From positions 210,001 to 242,000 of the forward strand of contig JAWBCC010000002.1 in the NCBI GenBank assembly GCA_038823825.1: 32,000 bases of DNA, given 5' to 3'. Positions 9,526-17,454 of this stretch are shown one piece after another. This DNA comes from Candidatus Hadarchaeales archaeon. Lineage in GTDB: Archaea > Hadarchaeota > Hadarchaeia > Hadarchaeales > Hadarchaeaceae. The position numbers and the translations under genes are program-made. The stretch's first letter is position 1. Each line of letters starts with the position of its first letter. A model generated the notes under the pieces. It was not told the origin of the DNA. It saw nothing but the letters and a program-made list of their open reading frames with translations, and made no database searches.

Positions 9526-10961
9526 GAAGCATTGAGTATGCAACCGTCAGGGAAGTTTCCGGTCCTCTGATAGTCGTAGAGGGAATCAAGGGCGCGGCTT
9601 ACGGAGAAGTCGTTGAGATCGTAACGCCATCTGGTGAGGTGAAACGCGGACAGGTTCTCGATTCATACAGTGACAGAGCAGTTGTTCAGGTTTACGAAGG
9701 AACCTCCGGAATAGACACGGTTAAAACGAGGGTGAGATTTACAGGGGAAACGATTAAACTCGGTGTGGGTCTCGAACTCTTGGGAAGAATCTTTAACGGA
9801 AGAGGAGACCCGATAGACGGTGGCCCGAGGCCAATCGCTGAGGATGTGTGGGATGTCTACGCTCCACCCATGAATCCGGCCTCACGCGAATATCCGAGCG
9901 AATTCATTCAAACCGGAATCTCCGCAATAGACGGGATGAACACTCTGGTCAGAGGACAAAAGTTGCCAATTTTTTCGGGTTCCGGTTTACCGCACAACCA
10001 ACTTGCAGCGCAGATAGCCAGGCAGGCCAGAGTTTTGGGAGAGGAAGAGAGATTCGCCGTAGTTTTCTGCGGGATAGGGATCACTCATGAAGAGGCAGCC
10101 TTCTTCATCAAAGAGCTCCAAACTAGTCTCGAGAGATCTGTGGTTTTTCTGAATTTAGCGAATGATCCGGCGATTGAGCGTATTTTAACACCGAGACTTG
10201 CTTTGACCGCCGCAGAATATCTTGCTTTCAAGCAACAAATGCATGTTTTAGTGATTCTTACAAACATCACAAACTATTGTGAGGCTCTTCGTGAAATTTC
10301 CGCGGCAAGGCATGAGGTCCCTGGGAGAAGGGGGTATCCAGGGTATATGTACACAGACTTGGCGTCAATTTACGAAAGGGCAGGAAGGATAAGAGGAAGA
10401 AAAGGTTCTGTGACCCAGCTCCCCATCCTCACGATGCCTGGTGATGACATAACCCATCCAATCCCAGATCTGACTGGATACATCACGGAGGGCCAAATAG
10501 TTTTTGACAGAGAACTTCACCATAAAGGGATATACCCCCCAATAAACGTTCTTCCCTCTCTTTCGAGGTTGATGAAGGATGGAATTGGTAAGGGTAAAAC
10601 AAGAGAAGATCACGCAGATCTCTCAAGTCAGCTATACGCGGCCTACGCGGAAGGAAGAGACATAAGATCTTTCGTGGCAATTGTCGGGGAGGAAGCCTTG
10701 ACGGACAGAGATAGAAAATATCTTCAGTTTGCGGATAACTTCGAGAGGAAATTCGTTAATCAGGGAGTTTATGAGAACAGACCGATCGAAGTGACTCTAG
10801 ATCTCGGCTGGGAACTCCTTCGCCTATTGCCTGAGAGCGAACTCAAAAGGATAGACCCAGAACTCAGGAAGAAGTATCTTCACAGGTTTGAAGAAAGCGC
10901 TCAGAACTCAAGATCTTCATCATCTGGATCAGACAAGCCAAGTTCCTCATCGCGCACTTAA
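9522..10961 (+). CDS. atpB: A/V-type ATP synthase subunit B
   Basis: 479 aa; '[18 protein letters not shown]', '[20 protein letters not shown]'; 4-nt overlap with atpA. Confidence 0.97.
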   Translation: MRSIEYATVREVSGPLIVVEGIKGAAYGEVVEIVTPSGEVKRGQVLDSYSDRAVVQVYEGTSGIDTVKTRVRFTGETIKLGVGLELLGRIFNGRGDPIDGGPRPIAEDVWDVYAPPMNPASREYPSEFIQTGISAIDGMNTLVRGQKLPIFSGSGLPHNQLAAQIARQARVLGEEERFAVVFCGIGITHEEAAFFIKELQTSLERSVVFLNLANDPAIERILTPRLALTAAEYLAFKQQMHVLVILTNITNYCEALREISAARHEVPGRRGYPGYMYTDLASIYERAGRIRGRKGSVTQLPILTMPGDDITHPIPDLTGYITEGQIVFDRELHHKGIYPPINVLPSLSRLMKDGIGKGKTREDHADLSSQLYAAYAEGRDIRSFVAIVGEEALTDRDRKYLQFADNFERKFVNQGVYENRPIEVTLDLGWELLRLLPESELKRIDPELRKKYLHRFEESAQNSRSSSSGSDKPSSSSRT

Positions 10962-10988
10962 ATTTCGATTTTCCAGATTTTATCCCTT

Positions 10989-12098
10989 TCATTCGATGTT
11001 TTCGATCAGTTTGGCAACACGTTCAAGAGAACTCGCATATCTCTTTCTGTGCTCCTTCAGAAAGTCGAGGAGGAGTTCTATAGCCATCTGCTTGCATTCC
11101 CCGCAGATCATTTTCCCGTTCATGCACATCTCTCTGATTTCAAGAAGTTTCTCATCGCTGGGTATCAAGTGATAGAAATATAGATCGAAAACTCTACATA
11201 TGTCCGGATTTCCTCCTTTTTCTCTTTGTTCTCTGGCCGTTGGCTTTCCACCGGTGAACGCATTCATGATCTTTCTCCTCACGGTTTCGTCGTCGTCTGT
11301 GAGAAACACAGCGCTTTCTGGTTTACTGCTTGACATTTTCTCCTCGATCAGCCCCGGCAAGAGTTTGTGATAGGTTGCTGATGGAGGAATGAATCCAAAA
11401 TCTCTCTGGAATCTATTTGCTATATCTCTCGCCAGTCTTATGTGTGGGTCTTGATCGATTCCGACCGGAATGACCGTCGGTATCGGTCCGCAGAATTCGG
11501 GTAGTTGGGGGTGAAGGATGTCCGCCACGTCGATGATCGGATAGTATATCGAGGAAAGGCTGGATTCTCCGGAAAATCCGTAGATCGCCCTTAACTCGCT
11601 GAAGTTGACTTTTTTGGAGAGGAGGAAGGCGAGTTTCTTGACATGCTCATCCGTTGACTGAAAGTAAACGCGGCATCTCGAGAGATCAAGTCCTAAAGCA
11701 TCGTAGTTGGCCAGATATTCTTCGATCGCTATTTTTCTAGCTTCCTCAAGCGATAGATCTCTCGCAGAATATGCCTCTAAATCGGCGACACAGAGAAATA
11801 TCTTTGAACCTTTTATCTTCGAGTACCAGATGAGCTGATCTATCACCATTTTGTGGCCGAGGTGCATCTTTCCGCTCGGCATCAGACCCGTCATGACCGC
11901 GAACTCTTCTCCGCGTAAGATTTTTTCCAAAATTCTTCGAAAATCTCTGTGGCCGAAAATTATCTTTCTCCTCATTATAGTCATTGGGTTTGGGATATCT
12001 GGAAGGAGTTCCTCAAATGGGGATATTCCAAACTCCTCCATTAGCCTCGCATAGTTCTCCGGAAGTGTGGCCTGCCAAGGATCGATTCTGACCGGCAT
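10989..12098 (-). CDS. trpS: tryptophanyl-tRNA synthetase
   Basis: HIGH-type 'PSGKMHLGH' and KMSKS-type 'KMSSSKPESA'; archaeal TrpRS architecture 'SFSGES...YPxxxxADI...GIDQDPHxRLARD'. Confidence 0.93.
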   Translation of the reverse strand: MPVRIDPWQATLPENYARLMEEFGISPFEELLPDIPNPMTIMRRKIIFGHRDFRRILEKILRGEEFAVMTGLMPSGKMHLGHKMVIDQLIWYSKIKGSKIFLCVADLEAYSARDLSLEEARKIAIEEYLANYDALGLDLSRCRVYFQSTDEHVKKLAFLLSKKVNFSELRAIYGFSGESSLSSIYYPIIDVADILHPQLPEFCGPIPTVIPVGIDQDPHIRLARDIANRFQRDFGFIPPSATYHKLLPGLIEEKMSSSKPESAVFLTDDDETVRRKIMNAFTGGKPTAREQREKGGNPDICRVFDLYFYHLIPSDEKLLEIREMCMNGKMICGECKQMAIELLLDFLKEHRKRYASSLERVAKLIENIE

Positions 12099-12626
12099 TC
12101 AGAGCCGCTCCCTGTTTAACGAATAGTATGTTACGTCTCCCTCATCATCGACGATGGCATATAATATTTTTTTACGCACGCTTTGCGCCACTCTGACGTC
12201 GCCAGAGATATCGCTTACACTAAACCTGGCGTGCTCCGGGACTACTCTCACCAAGAATTTCGAGTGAGATTCCGGCGGTTTTTCTCCTTTCTCATAAACT
12301 CTGAAGTGTGCTCCAAACTTTAAGCCTGTTCTTACTATGTATCCTCTGCCGCGCAAGTCTGAGTATGCCGCGTACTTAAGTGGAAGTAGTTTGTCTTTTT
12401 TCGAAAATTTAGCCATCAGCTGATTGAAATCTAACTTCTCTCCGCGTTCGTAAACTTCGAGCTTTCCCTTCTCAACGAGGAATAGGGTTTCAACAGGCGC
12501 GAGCTGTAATTTTCCATCTCCAAGAAGTTTTCCGAAGAATCCCTTCTGATATATCCTGTTTGCCGCGAGGTTATCCGCAACGATCACGCGGTCGCCACAA
12601 AGTTCTCCTTTCGCGATTTCCTCCAT
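12099..12626 (-). CDS. endA: tRNA-splicing endonuclease EndA
   Basis: 175 aa; 'YSDLRGRGYIVRTGLKFGAHFRVY' and 'HSKFLVRVV' catalytic Tyr/His/Lys context. Confidence 0.95.
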   Translation of the reverse strand: MEEIAKGELCGDRVIVADNLAANRIYQKGFFGKLLGDGKLQLAPVETLFLVEKGKLEVYERGEKLDFNQLMAKFSKKDKLLPLKYAAYSDLRGRGYIVRTGLKFGAHFRVYEKGEKPPESHSKFLVRVVPEHARFSVSDISGDVRVAQSVRKKILYAIVDDEGDVTYYSLNRERL

Positions 12627-12629
12627 TTT

Positions 12630-14135
12630 TCATCCCTGAGCGGTTTCCTTTTGTTTGCTCGTCTCGCTCTTTAACGAATTCCAGTAGTACAGATTATATA
12701 CGCATCCCGGATCGGGCCCGCTAACGTCTCCGTAATATCCGTACGCTCTTGCCCGACATCCACCGCAGACAAACCTATACTCGCAGTTTCCACATCCTAA
12801 AAGGGCATTTCTATTCCTGAGTTTCCACAAGACTTCGGATTTTTCCCAAATCTCCTTCAAATCGTCAGTTTTTATGTTTCCAAGCTTGATTGGCATGAAA
12901 ACACAAGGGGTAATATCTCCGTTCGGCTCTAGCCCGCAGTAAAGTCTCCCTGCTCCACATCCTCCGAGGAAGTCTGCGAGGCTTTCGGTTTTTCCGCGCA
13001 GAGCTTGTAAGAGTCCTTCTGATGTGAAGTGGGTTGCGACGATCCCTCCATATGCTGAAACAACATTTCCGTAGAGTCCGCAAGCAAATTTTAGAGAGAC
13101 GACGGAGTACTGTGGTGCGGTTGAGTAGCAAATGAGTCCACCATTGCTGTTTATCATCTTCAGGTAGAGGAACTTTAGGAGTTCTTCCCTTTCTTCCGGT
13201 TCGAGGTCCTGCTCCACGATTTCTTTTCCTCTGCCAACCGGGACATAGTTAAATATTATCACCCTTTTCACGCCCAGCTCCTTTTCTGCGAAATCAACGA
13301 GCTGGGGGATCTCCCGATAGTTCATTTTCGTTGCCGTGATAGCTACGCAGGTGTCAATGCCCTCCGCCACACAATTTTTTATACCCTCGCATGTCTTCCT
13401 CCAAACGCCTGGAATTCCGCGGAACTCGTCGTGGGTCTTCTCTATCCCATCAAGCGAAATCTCCACGTAGTCAAAGATTTCTTTGACTTTTTTTGCAACG
13501 TCCGGCGTTATCAGAGTTCCGTTCGTTGCCATAGAGACGAAAAATCCCTTTTCCTTCGCGTAGCCAGCTACCTCCCAGATATCCTTGCGAACGAGTGGTT
13601 CTCCACCGGAAAATGCTATGGCAACGACTCCGGCTTCCTCAAACTGATCGATCACTCGTTTTGCTTCCTCTGTCGTCAGCTCATCGCTCGCTTGACCTCC
13701 TCCCGCGTTCTCATAGCAGTGCTTACACCAGAGGTTACAGGCGCGCGTGTAGTTCCAAACGACAAGAAACGGGGAAGCAGATGTGAAGGGGCGCTCTGCT
13801 CCAAATTTCGCTATTCCCTCGAGAACGTTCACCATCCCCCGTCTTATCACGGGGTCTCTGAGATGTTTTTTGAGCTCTTCCTCCGGATATCCGAAAGCTG
13901 TGGCTCCTCTCTTTATGACGGTTTTTACAACAATCGATGCCAGCCTGTCGCGGATGTCTGCGTCTGTTTTCTCACCAATGTATGCTCTGATAGCCTTGTC
14001 CAGCCTACTACCACCTTTTCTACTTTTGCCGCAAACGAATCGTAGGGCAAATCTGGAAAGGGGATTGTTTAACCACCTCTGGACGGATTGGACGATTACT
14101 TCTTCCCTTCCAACTTGCGATTCCACGGATCCCAT
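12630..14135 (-). CDS. radical SAM protein with C-terminal SPASM/twitch-type cysteines
   Basis: 'CNLWCKHCYENAGG' and 'CGAGRLYCGLEPNGDITPCVFMP...GCGNCEYRFVCGGCRARAYGYYGD...GC'. Confidence 0.93.
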   Translation of the reverse strand: MGSVESQVGREEVIVQSVQRWLNNPLSRFALRFVCGKSRKGGSRLDKAIRAYIGEKTDADIRDRLASIVVKTVIKRGATAFGYPEEELKKHLRDPVIRRGMVNVLEGIAKFGAERPFTSASPFLVVWNYTRACNLWCKHCYENAGGGQASDELTTEEAKRVIDQFEEAGVVAIAFSGGEPLVRKDIWEVAGYAKEKGFFVSMATNGTLITPDVAKKVKEIFDYVEISLDGIEKTHDEFRGIPGVWRKTCEGIKNCVAEGIDTCVAITATKMNYREIPQLVDFAEKELGVKRVIIFNYVPVGRGKEIVEQDLEPEEREELLKFLYLKMINSNGGLICYSTAPQYSVVSLKFACGLYGNVVSAYGGIVATHFTSEGLLQALRGKTESLADFLGGCGAGRLYCGLEPNGDITPCVFMPIKLGNIKTDDLKEIWEKSEVLWKLRNRNALLGCGNCEYRFVCGGCRARAYGYYGDVSGPDPGCVYNLYYWNSLKSETSKQKETAQG

Positions 14136-14188
14136 CGTTTGACTTTTCTCCGGCAGCTATATAAGCCCGTTCGTGTTTAATTATTATT

Positions 14189-14305
14189 GGGGCGGTCACG
14201 CTAATAGAGCGGCGAGCCGAGACGATGAGGAGAATTTAAAAGCCGAGACTCTTTTGCTTGTCGAGGAAGAGTCACCTCCAGCCGAGTCGGTGTGGCCCGT
14301 CGCTC
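14189..14305 (+). ncRNA. candidate structured RNA of unknown family (strand tentative)
   Basis: G+C-rich island in A+T-rich spacer. 14207-14218 pairs with 14294-14305 (11/12 positions including one G-U); 14247-14253 (GACTCTT) pairs with 14267-14273 (AAGAGTC). TATATAAG at 14159-14166 and T-rich tract from 14319. Confidence 0.45.
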
Positions 14306-14363
14306 AAATCATATTAGCTTTTTATTTTAGATTTTCTGCGGAGAAAAATATGGGGTGAGGAGG

Positions 14364-14477
14364 GTGCCGAAGTGCTCTGCTTGCGGGAAAAACGTGAAGG
14401 ATCCGGAGAAAATAACAACTTGCTCTGGATGCGGAAAAAGGCTTTGCATATCCTGTTTTTCCAAACACAAATGTTGA
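14364..14477 (+). CDS. 37-aa zinc-ribbon-like microprotein
   Basis: GTG start after GGGGTGAGGAG; translation MPKCSACGKNVKDPEKITTCSGCGKRLCISCFSKHKC with seven Cys plus His; below the ORF-track size cutoff. Confidence 0.65.
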   Translation: MPKCSACGKNVKDPEKITTCSGCGKRLCISCFSKHKC

Positions 14478-14638
14478 AAGCCACAGATGTCGCTTATGGG
14501 CAAAAATTATCAGAATAGGTCAGGAAATATTCTAGTTTTTCTTTCTTTTTTGGTTTATTGAGAAAATCTTTTTAAGTTTCGCGAAAATAAAATAATTTTG
14601 GCGTGATGGCGTGAAAGCGGTAATGTGGGGTGGTGGGC

Positions 14639-15025
14639 ATGGGGCTCCACATTATCGCCGAATTCTTAGGGGTGAAAGAGGAGAAAATTGCAACAATAAA
14701 GCAATTGAAGCCGATAGTAGAGAGAGTAGTGAAGAAAAGCGGTTTAAACGTGGTTTCTTCGGCATATCATCAGTTTAAGCCGTATGGAGTCACCTGCGTT
14801 TATCTTTTGATGGAATCGCATCTGGCGATTCACACTTGGCCAGAAGTTTGCTACATGGCTGTGGATATCTTTACATGTGGGAAAAATCGGAAAGCAAAGG
14901 AGACGCTCGAGTTGTTGAGAAAGGAGTTTTCTCCGAAAAAGGTGAAGATGAAGATCATAGGGAGGCTTGAGTATGAGAAGCTACTCGAGAGAAAAGAAAA
15001 TTCTGCGAGAGCTGGCGGGAGGTAA
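14639..15025 (+). CDS. speD: S-adenosylmethionine decarboxylase proenzyme
   Basis: Self-cleavage motif 'ESHLAIHTWPE', downstream 'DIFTCG'. GTG 14630/14633 are alternative starts. Confidence 0.94.
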   Translation: MGLHIIAEFLGVKEEKIATIKQLKPIVERVVKKSGLNVVSSAYHQFKPYGVTCVYLLMESHLAIHTWPEVCYMAVDIFTCGKNRKAKETLELLRKEFSPKKVKMKIIGRLEYEKLLERKENSARAGGR

Positions 15026-15989
15026 GAAGACTCTTTGGGAGCTTCTCGCGTCGTATCATTGGACTCTGCGAGACTTCATCTCTGATATAAACAGACTCTA
15101 TGACGAGGGGAAGATCTCGACGGATGGGAAGTATATATATCTCAAGGAAAAAATTGGGGCAGATGGTTTTAGCTCGATTGTGTGCCCGAAATGTGATGGA
15201 AGACGTGTTCTTCCAAAAAATCATGTTTTTATAGAGAAAAGATTTAAACGGTTGCTCAGGGATAGGCCTAAACCGGAGGTCAAGTTTTTCCAAGGATATA
15301 TGCGCCCCGAGGATGTTCTAGCCCGAATTGCTTTGATGGATATGTATGGTGACGTGGAGGGAAAGTCAATAATCCTGATCGGAGATGACGACCTTGTGAG
15401 CTTGGCCCTGGCCCTGACGGGACTCCCAGAGAGAATCGTTGTGTTGGATATTGATGAGAGATTGGGAGAATTCATGCGGAAGGCTTTGCGTGAGGATGGG
15501 GTAAAGTCGGTGGAGTTTATACATCATGATGTCGCGGAGCCTCTTCCAAAAGATTTGAGACGGAAGTTCGATGTTTTTGTCACAGACCCGCTCGAGACGG
15601 TTTCTGGGCTCAAGGCTTTCCTATGCAGAGCCGCTTGTGCTCTCAAACCTACGGATTCAGCCGGATATTTCGGTTTGACAACGCTCGAGGCTTCGCCAAA
15701 AAAATGGCTTTGGGTTCAGGGACTTCTCTACAGAATGAATCTTGCGATCACAGATGCCGTGAGGGAGCACTCGAGCTATCCTACCCAAGATTACCACATA
15801 GGTTTTCCGTACGAGGAGCCAATTCTGAAGAAGTTGAAGTTTAAGTATGAGCTTCCGCCGGATGTCTCTTGGTATAAATCGACATTTTTCAGGGCTGAGG
15901 CTGTCGGAAAAGTTAGACCGATTCATTGTTCGAAGCACATCCGCGTGAGGGTTTGGGACGAGGATGACATAACCTGGCCGAATCGTTAG
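14973..15989 (+). CDS. bpsA: N4-bis(aminopropyl)spermidine synthase (BpsA/DUF43 family)
   Basis: 'GDDDLVSLALALTGLPERIVVLDIDERL', 'FDVFVTDPLET'; GGAGG at 14961-14965 precedes ATG 14973. Track starts at TTG 14967. Confidence 0.87.
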   Translation: MRSYSREKKILRELAGGKKTLWELLASYHWTLRDFISDINRLYDEGKISTDGKYIYLKEKIGADGFSSIVCPKCDGRRVLPKNHVFIEKRFKRLLRDRPKPEVKFFQGYMRPEDVLARIALMDMYGDVEGKSIILIGDDDLVSLALALTGLPERIVVLDIDERLGEFMRKALREDGVKSVEFIHHDVAEPLPKDLRRKFDVFVTDPLETVSGLKAFLCRAACALKPTDSAGYFGLTTLEASPKKWLWVQGLLYRMNLAITDAVREHSSYPTQDYHIGFPYEEPILKKLKFKYELPPDVSWYKSTFFRAEAVGKVRPIHCSKHIRVRVWDEDDITWPNR

Positions 15990-16121
15990 CAAGTTTCGTT
16001 TTTTGCTGGAGATAATTAGACGCAGGATGTGTTGGGAGATCCACCCTCTTTAACTCGCTTTGCCGAAACCATACCTCCAGAATACTCAAAAAGATGATAA
16101 AGGGGAATTCAATGCCGGCAG

Positions 16122-16252
16122 TGGTGGGGCCGCCAGGATTTGAACCCGGGTTTGCGGGTCTCACCGGCTCCAGTGGGTCATCATCTTTTCGTCAGCAGAC
16201 CCACCTCATTCCACTGGAGCCCGCCGTGATAACCAAGCTACACTACGGCCCC
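16122..16252 (-). tRNA. tRNA-Trp (anticodon CCA), intron-containing, CCA end encoded
   Basis: Acceptor GGGGCCG/CGGCCCC, anticodon stem GCGGG/CCCGC, anticodon loop CT-CCA-G|A, T arm CCGGG-TTCAAAT-CCTGG, discriminator A plus CCA. Confidence 0.92.
16160..16213 (-). ncRNA. 54-nt intron of tRNA-Trp encoding a box C/D-like guide RNA
   Basis: Intron between 37 and 38; internal CTGA (D') and ATGATGA (C'); guides complementary to the anticodon loop and to the 38-43 region. Confidence 0.85.
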
Positions 16253-16289
16253 ACCATTCCTATACTCTGTCAGACACAAGTTTAAAACT

Positions 16290-17453
16290 TTAAAGAGATG
16301 GTCCAAGCCAGAACAGAAATCCGAACAGGATAAAGAGGACGGAAATTCCCAGAATTCTGAGTATGAGCGGTGGCTTCGGCACTGTTGGCACAAACAAATC
16401 TTCATCCGGTTCTCTTTCCTCTTCTGCCACCGCCGCCACACCAGCCGTTGCAGGAGTCGCAACTTCACCGGCAGCTGCTCTTCCCCTCAGCCAGAGATAA
16501 ACAATCCCTATTATCGACCACGGAACGCAAATAATGAGCAAAAGGTAAATCGGCAGTCCGAGCCTTAATATCGCAGGTACGGCATACGAAGAACTCACCA
16601 AAGCATTGTATTTGTTGAGATTCCAGAGGATTATCGCCATACAAGAGTAAACTATGAGAGAATTCCAGAACGGATCGGAAGCAGAAACCAACTGAAGACC
16701 ACCCAATCTCTTTTTCGTAAATGGCCAGAAGAGATTCCCACCCATATGGCCATAAGAATCAAAGATGATATGCCCAAGCCAACCCAAGAATGCGACGAGC
16801 CATGCTATCCAGTTTCTCAAAATAGCTCCGACCACAGCGGAAAGCAAAAGTCCGAGCGTTATGCTGTGACCGGCCCGTCTGTGGAAGGGAATGAAGATTA
16901 TTTCGACGGATCCGTCCTCCCGCTTGAGAAATCCGAAAGAAGGTCCTCCAAAACCTTTTATCTCCGTCGGCTTTCCGTACGTTTCGATGATGTTTGGCTT
17001 GAATTTCGCGGAAGCGTAGGCCTTCTCCTCCGGAGGTTCTGTTCCGGGAATGGGAACGCCCGACGTTGTCACATGCGGTCCAACCCTAACCTCAACTTTC
17101 TTCTCCTTGGCGTTGAAGAAAACAGAGTACTGTCTCCAGAGATCTGGTCCAAGTCTGATCGTGTGAAGTTTTATTTTATACATTTTGCCAGGTTTCATTT
17201 CCGCAGCCTTGTTTATCCCCTCCGCAACCTTTTCCGCGATTTCTTTCGGGTCGATCTTATCCGGATGAGGATCTATCACCGTGTCGTGTTCCTCCATGTA
17301 AATGAGAAATTTGAAATCGATCGTATCCGGGAGAAGTCCAAATATCCCACCAAGCAAAATTATGAGGGAGTCCTCAGCAGCTGCTCCGAAAACTAGACTC
17401 TTGAAGAACGTGGCGATCGTAAGTCCAACTATGAAGTGGGTTAAGCCGCGCAT
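16290..17453 (-). CDS. YdjM/DUF457-like membrane-bound putative metal-dependent hydrolase
   Basis: 'MRGLTHFIVGL', 'GLLPDTID', 'HRRAGHSITLG', 'GHIIFDSYGHMGG'. Start at ATG 17453 preferred over the track start 17468. Confidence 0.75.
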   Translation of the reverse strand: MRGLTHFIVGLTIATFFKSLVFGAAAEDSLIILLGGIFGLLPDTIDFKFLIYMEEHDTVIDPHPDKIDPKEIAEKVAEGINKAAEMKPGKMYKIKLHTIRLGPDLWRQYSVFFNAKEKKVEVRVGPHVTTSGVPIPGTEPPEEKAYASAKFKPNIIETYGKPTEIKGFGGPSFGFLKREDGSVEIIFIPFHRRAGHSITLGLLLSAVVGAILRNWIAWLVAFLGWLGHIIFDSYGHMGGNLFWPFTKKRLGGLQLVSASDPFWNSLIVYSCMAIILWNLNKYNALVSSSYAVPAILRLGLPIYLLLIICVPWSIIGIVYLWLRGRAAAGEVATPATAGVAAVAEEEREPDEDLFVPTVPKPPLILRILGISVLFILFGFLFWLGPSL

Positions 17454-17454
17454 C

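Noticed and set aside
12865-13131. 88-aa minus ORF in another frame of the radical SAM gene
   Set aside because: Overlaps the SPASM-region coding sequence; no frameshift evidence in the main frame.
13431-14045. 204-aa plus ORF
   Set aside because: Lies antisense within the well-supported radical SAM gene.
14189-14305. Possibility that the structured region is a tRNA, 5S rRNA or H/ACA RNA
   Set aside because: No GTTCRANTC T-loop, no 5S consensus segments, and no ACA box suitably placed; family left unassigned.
14173-14358. 61-aa plus ORF over the structured spacer
   Set aside because: Composition follows the paired RNA blocks; no SD and no recognisable domain. An RNA explanation is preferred but not proven.
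15913-16164. 83-aa minus ORF (MRPANPGSNPGGPTTAG...)
   Set aside because: N-terminus is the translated 3' half of tRNA-Trp ('NPGSNPGG' is a classic tRNA artefact), and the rest runs through spacer into the bpsA 3' end.
16094-16285. 63-aa plus ORF across the tRNA
   Set aside because: Antisense translation of tRNA-Trp and its flanks; no coding support.
16746-17396. 216-aa plus ORF opposite the YdjM-like gene
   Set aside because: Antisense to a gene with clear conserved motifs; its amino-acid content is unstructured and Arg/Ser-rich.
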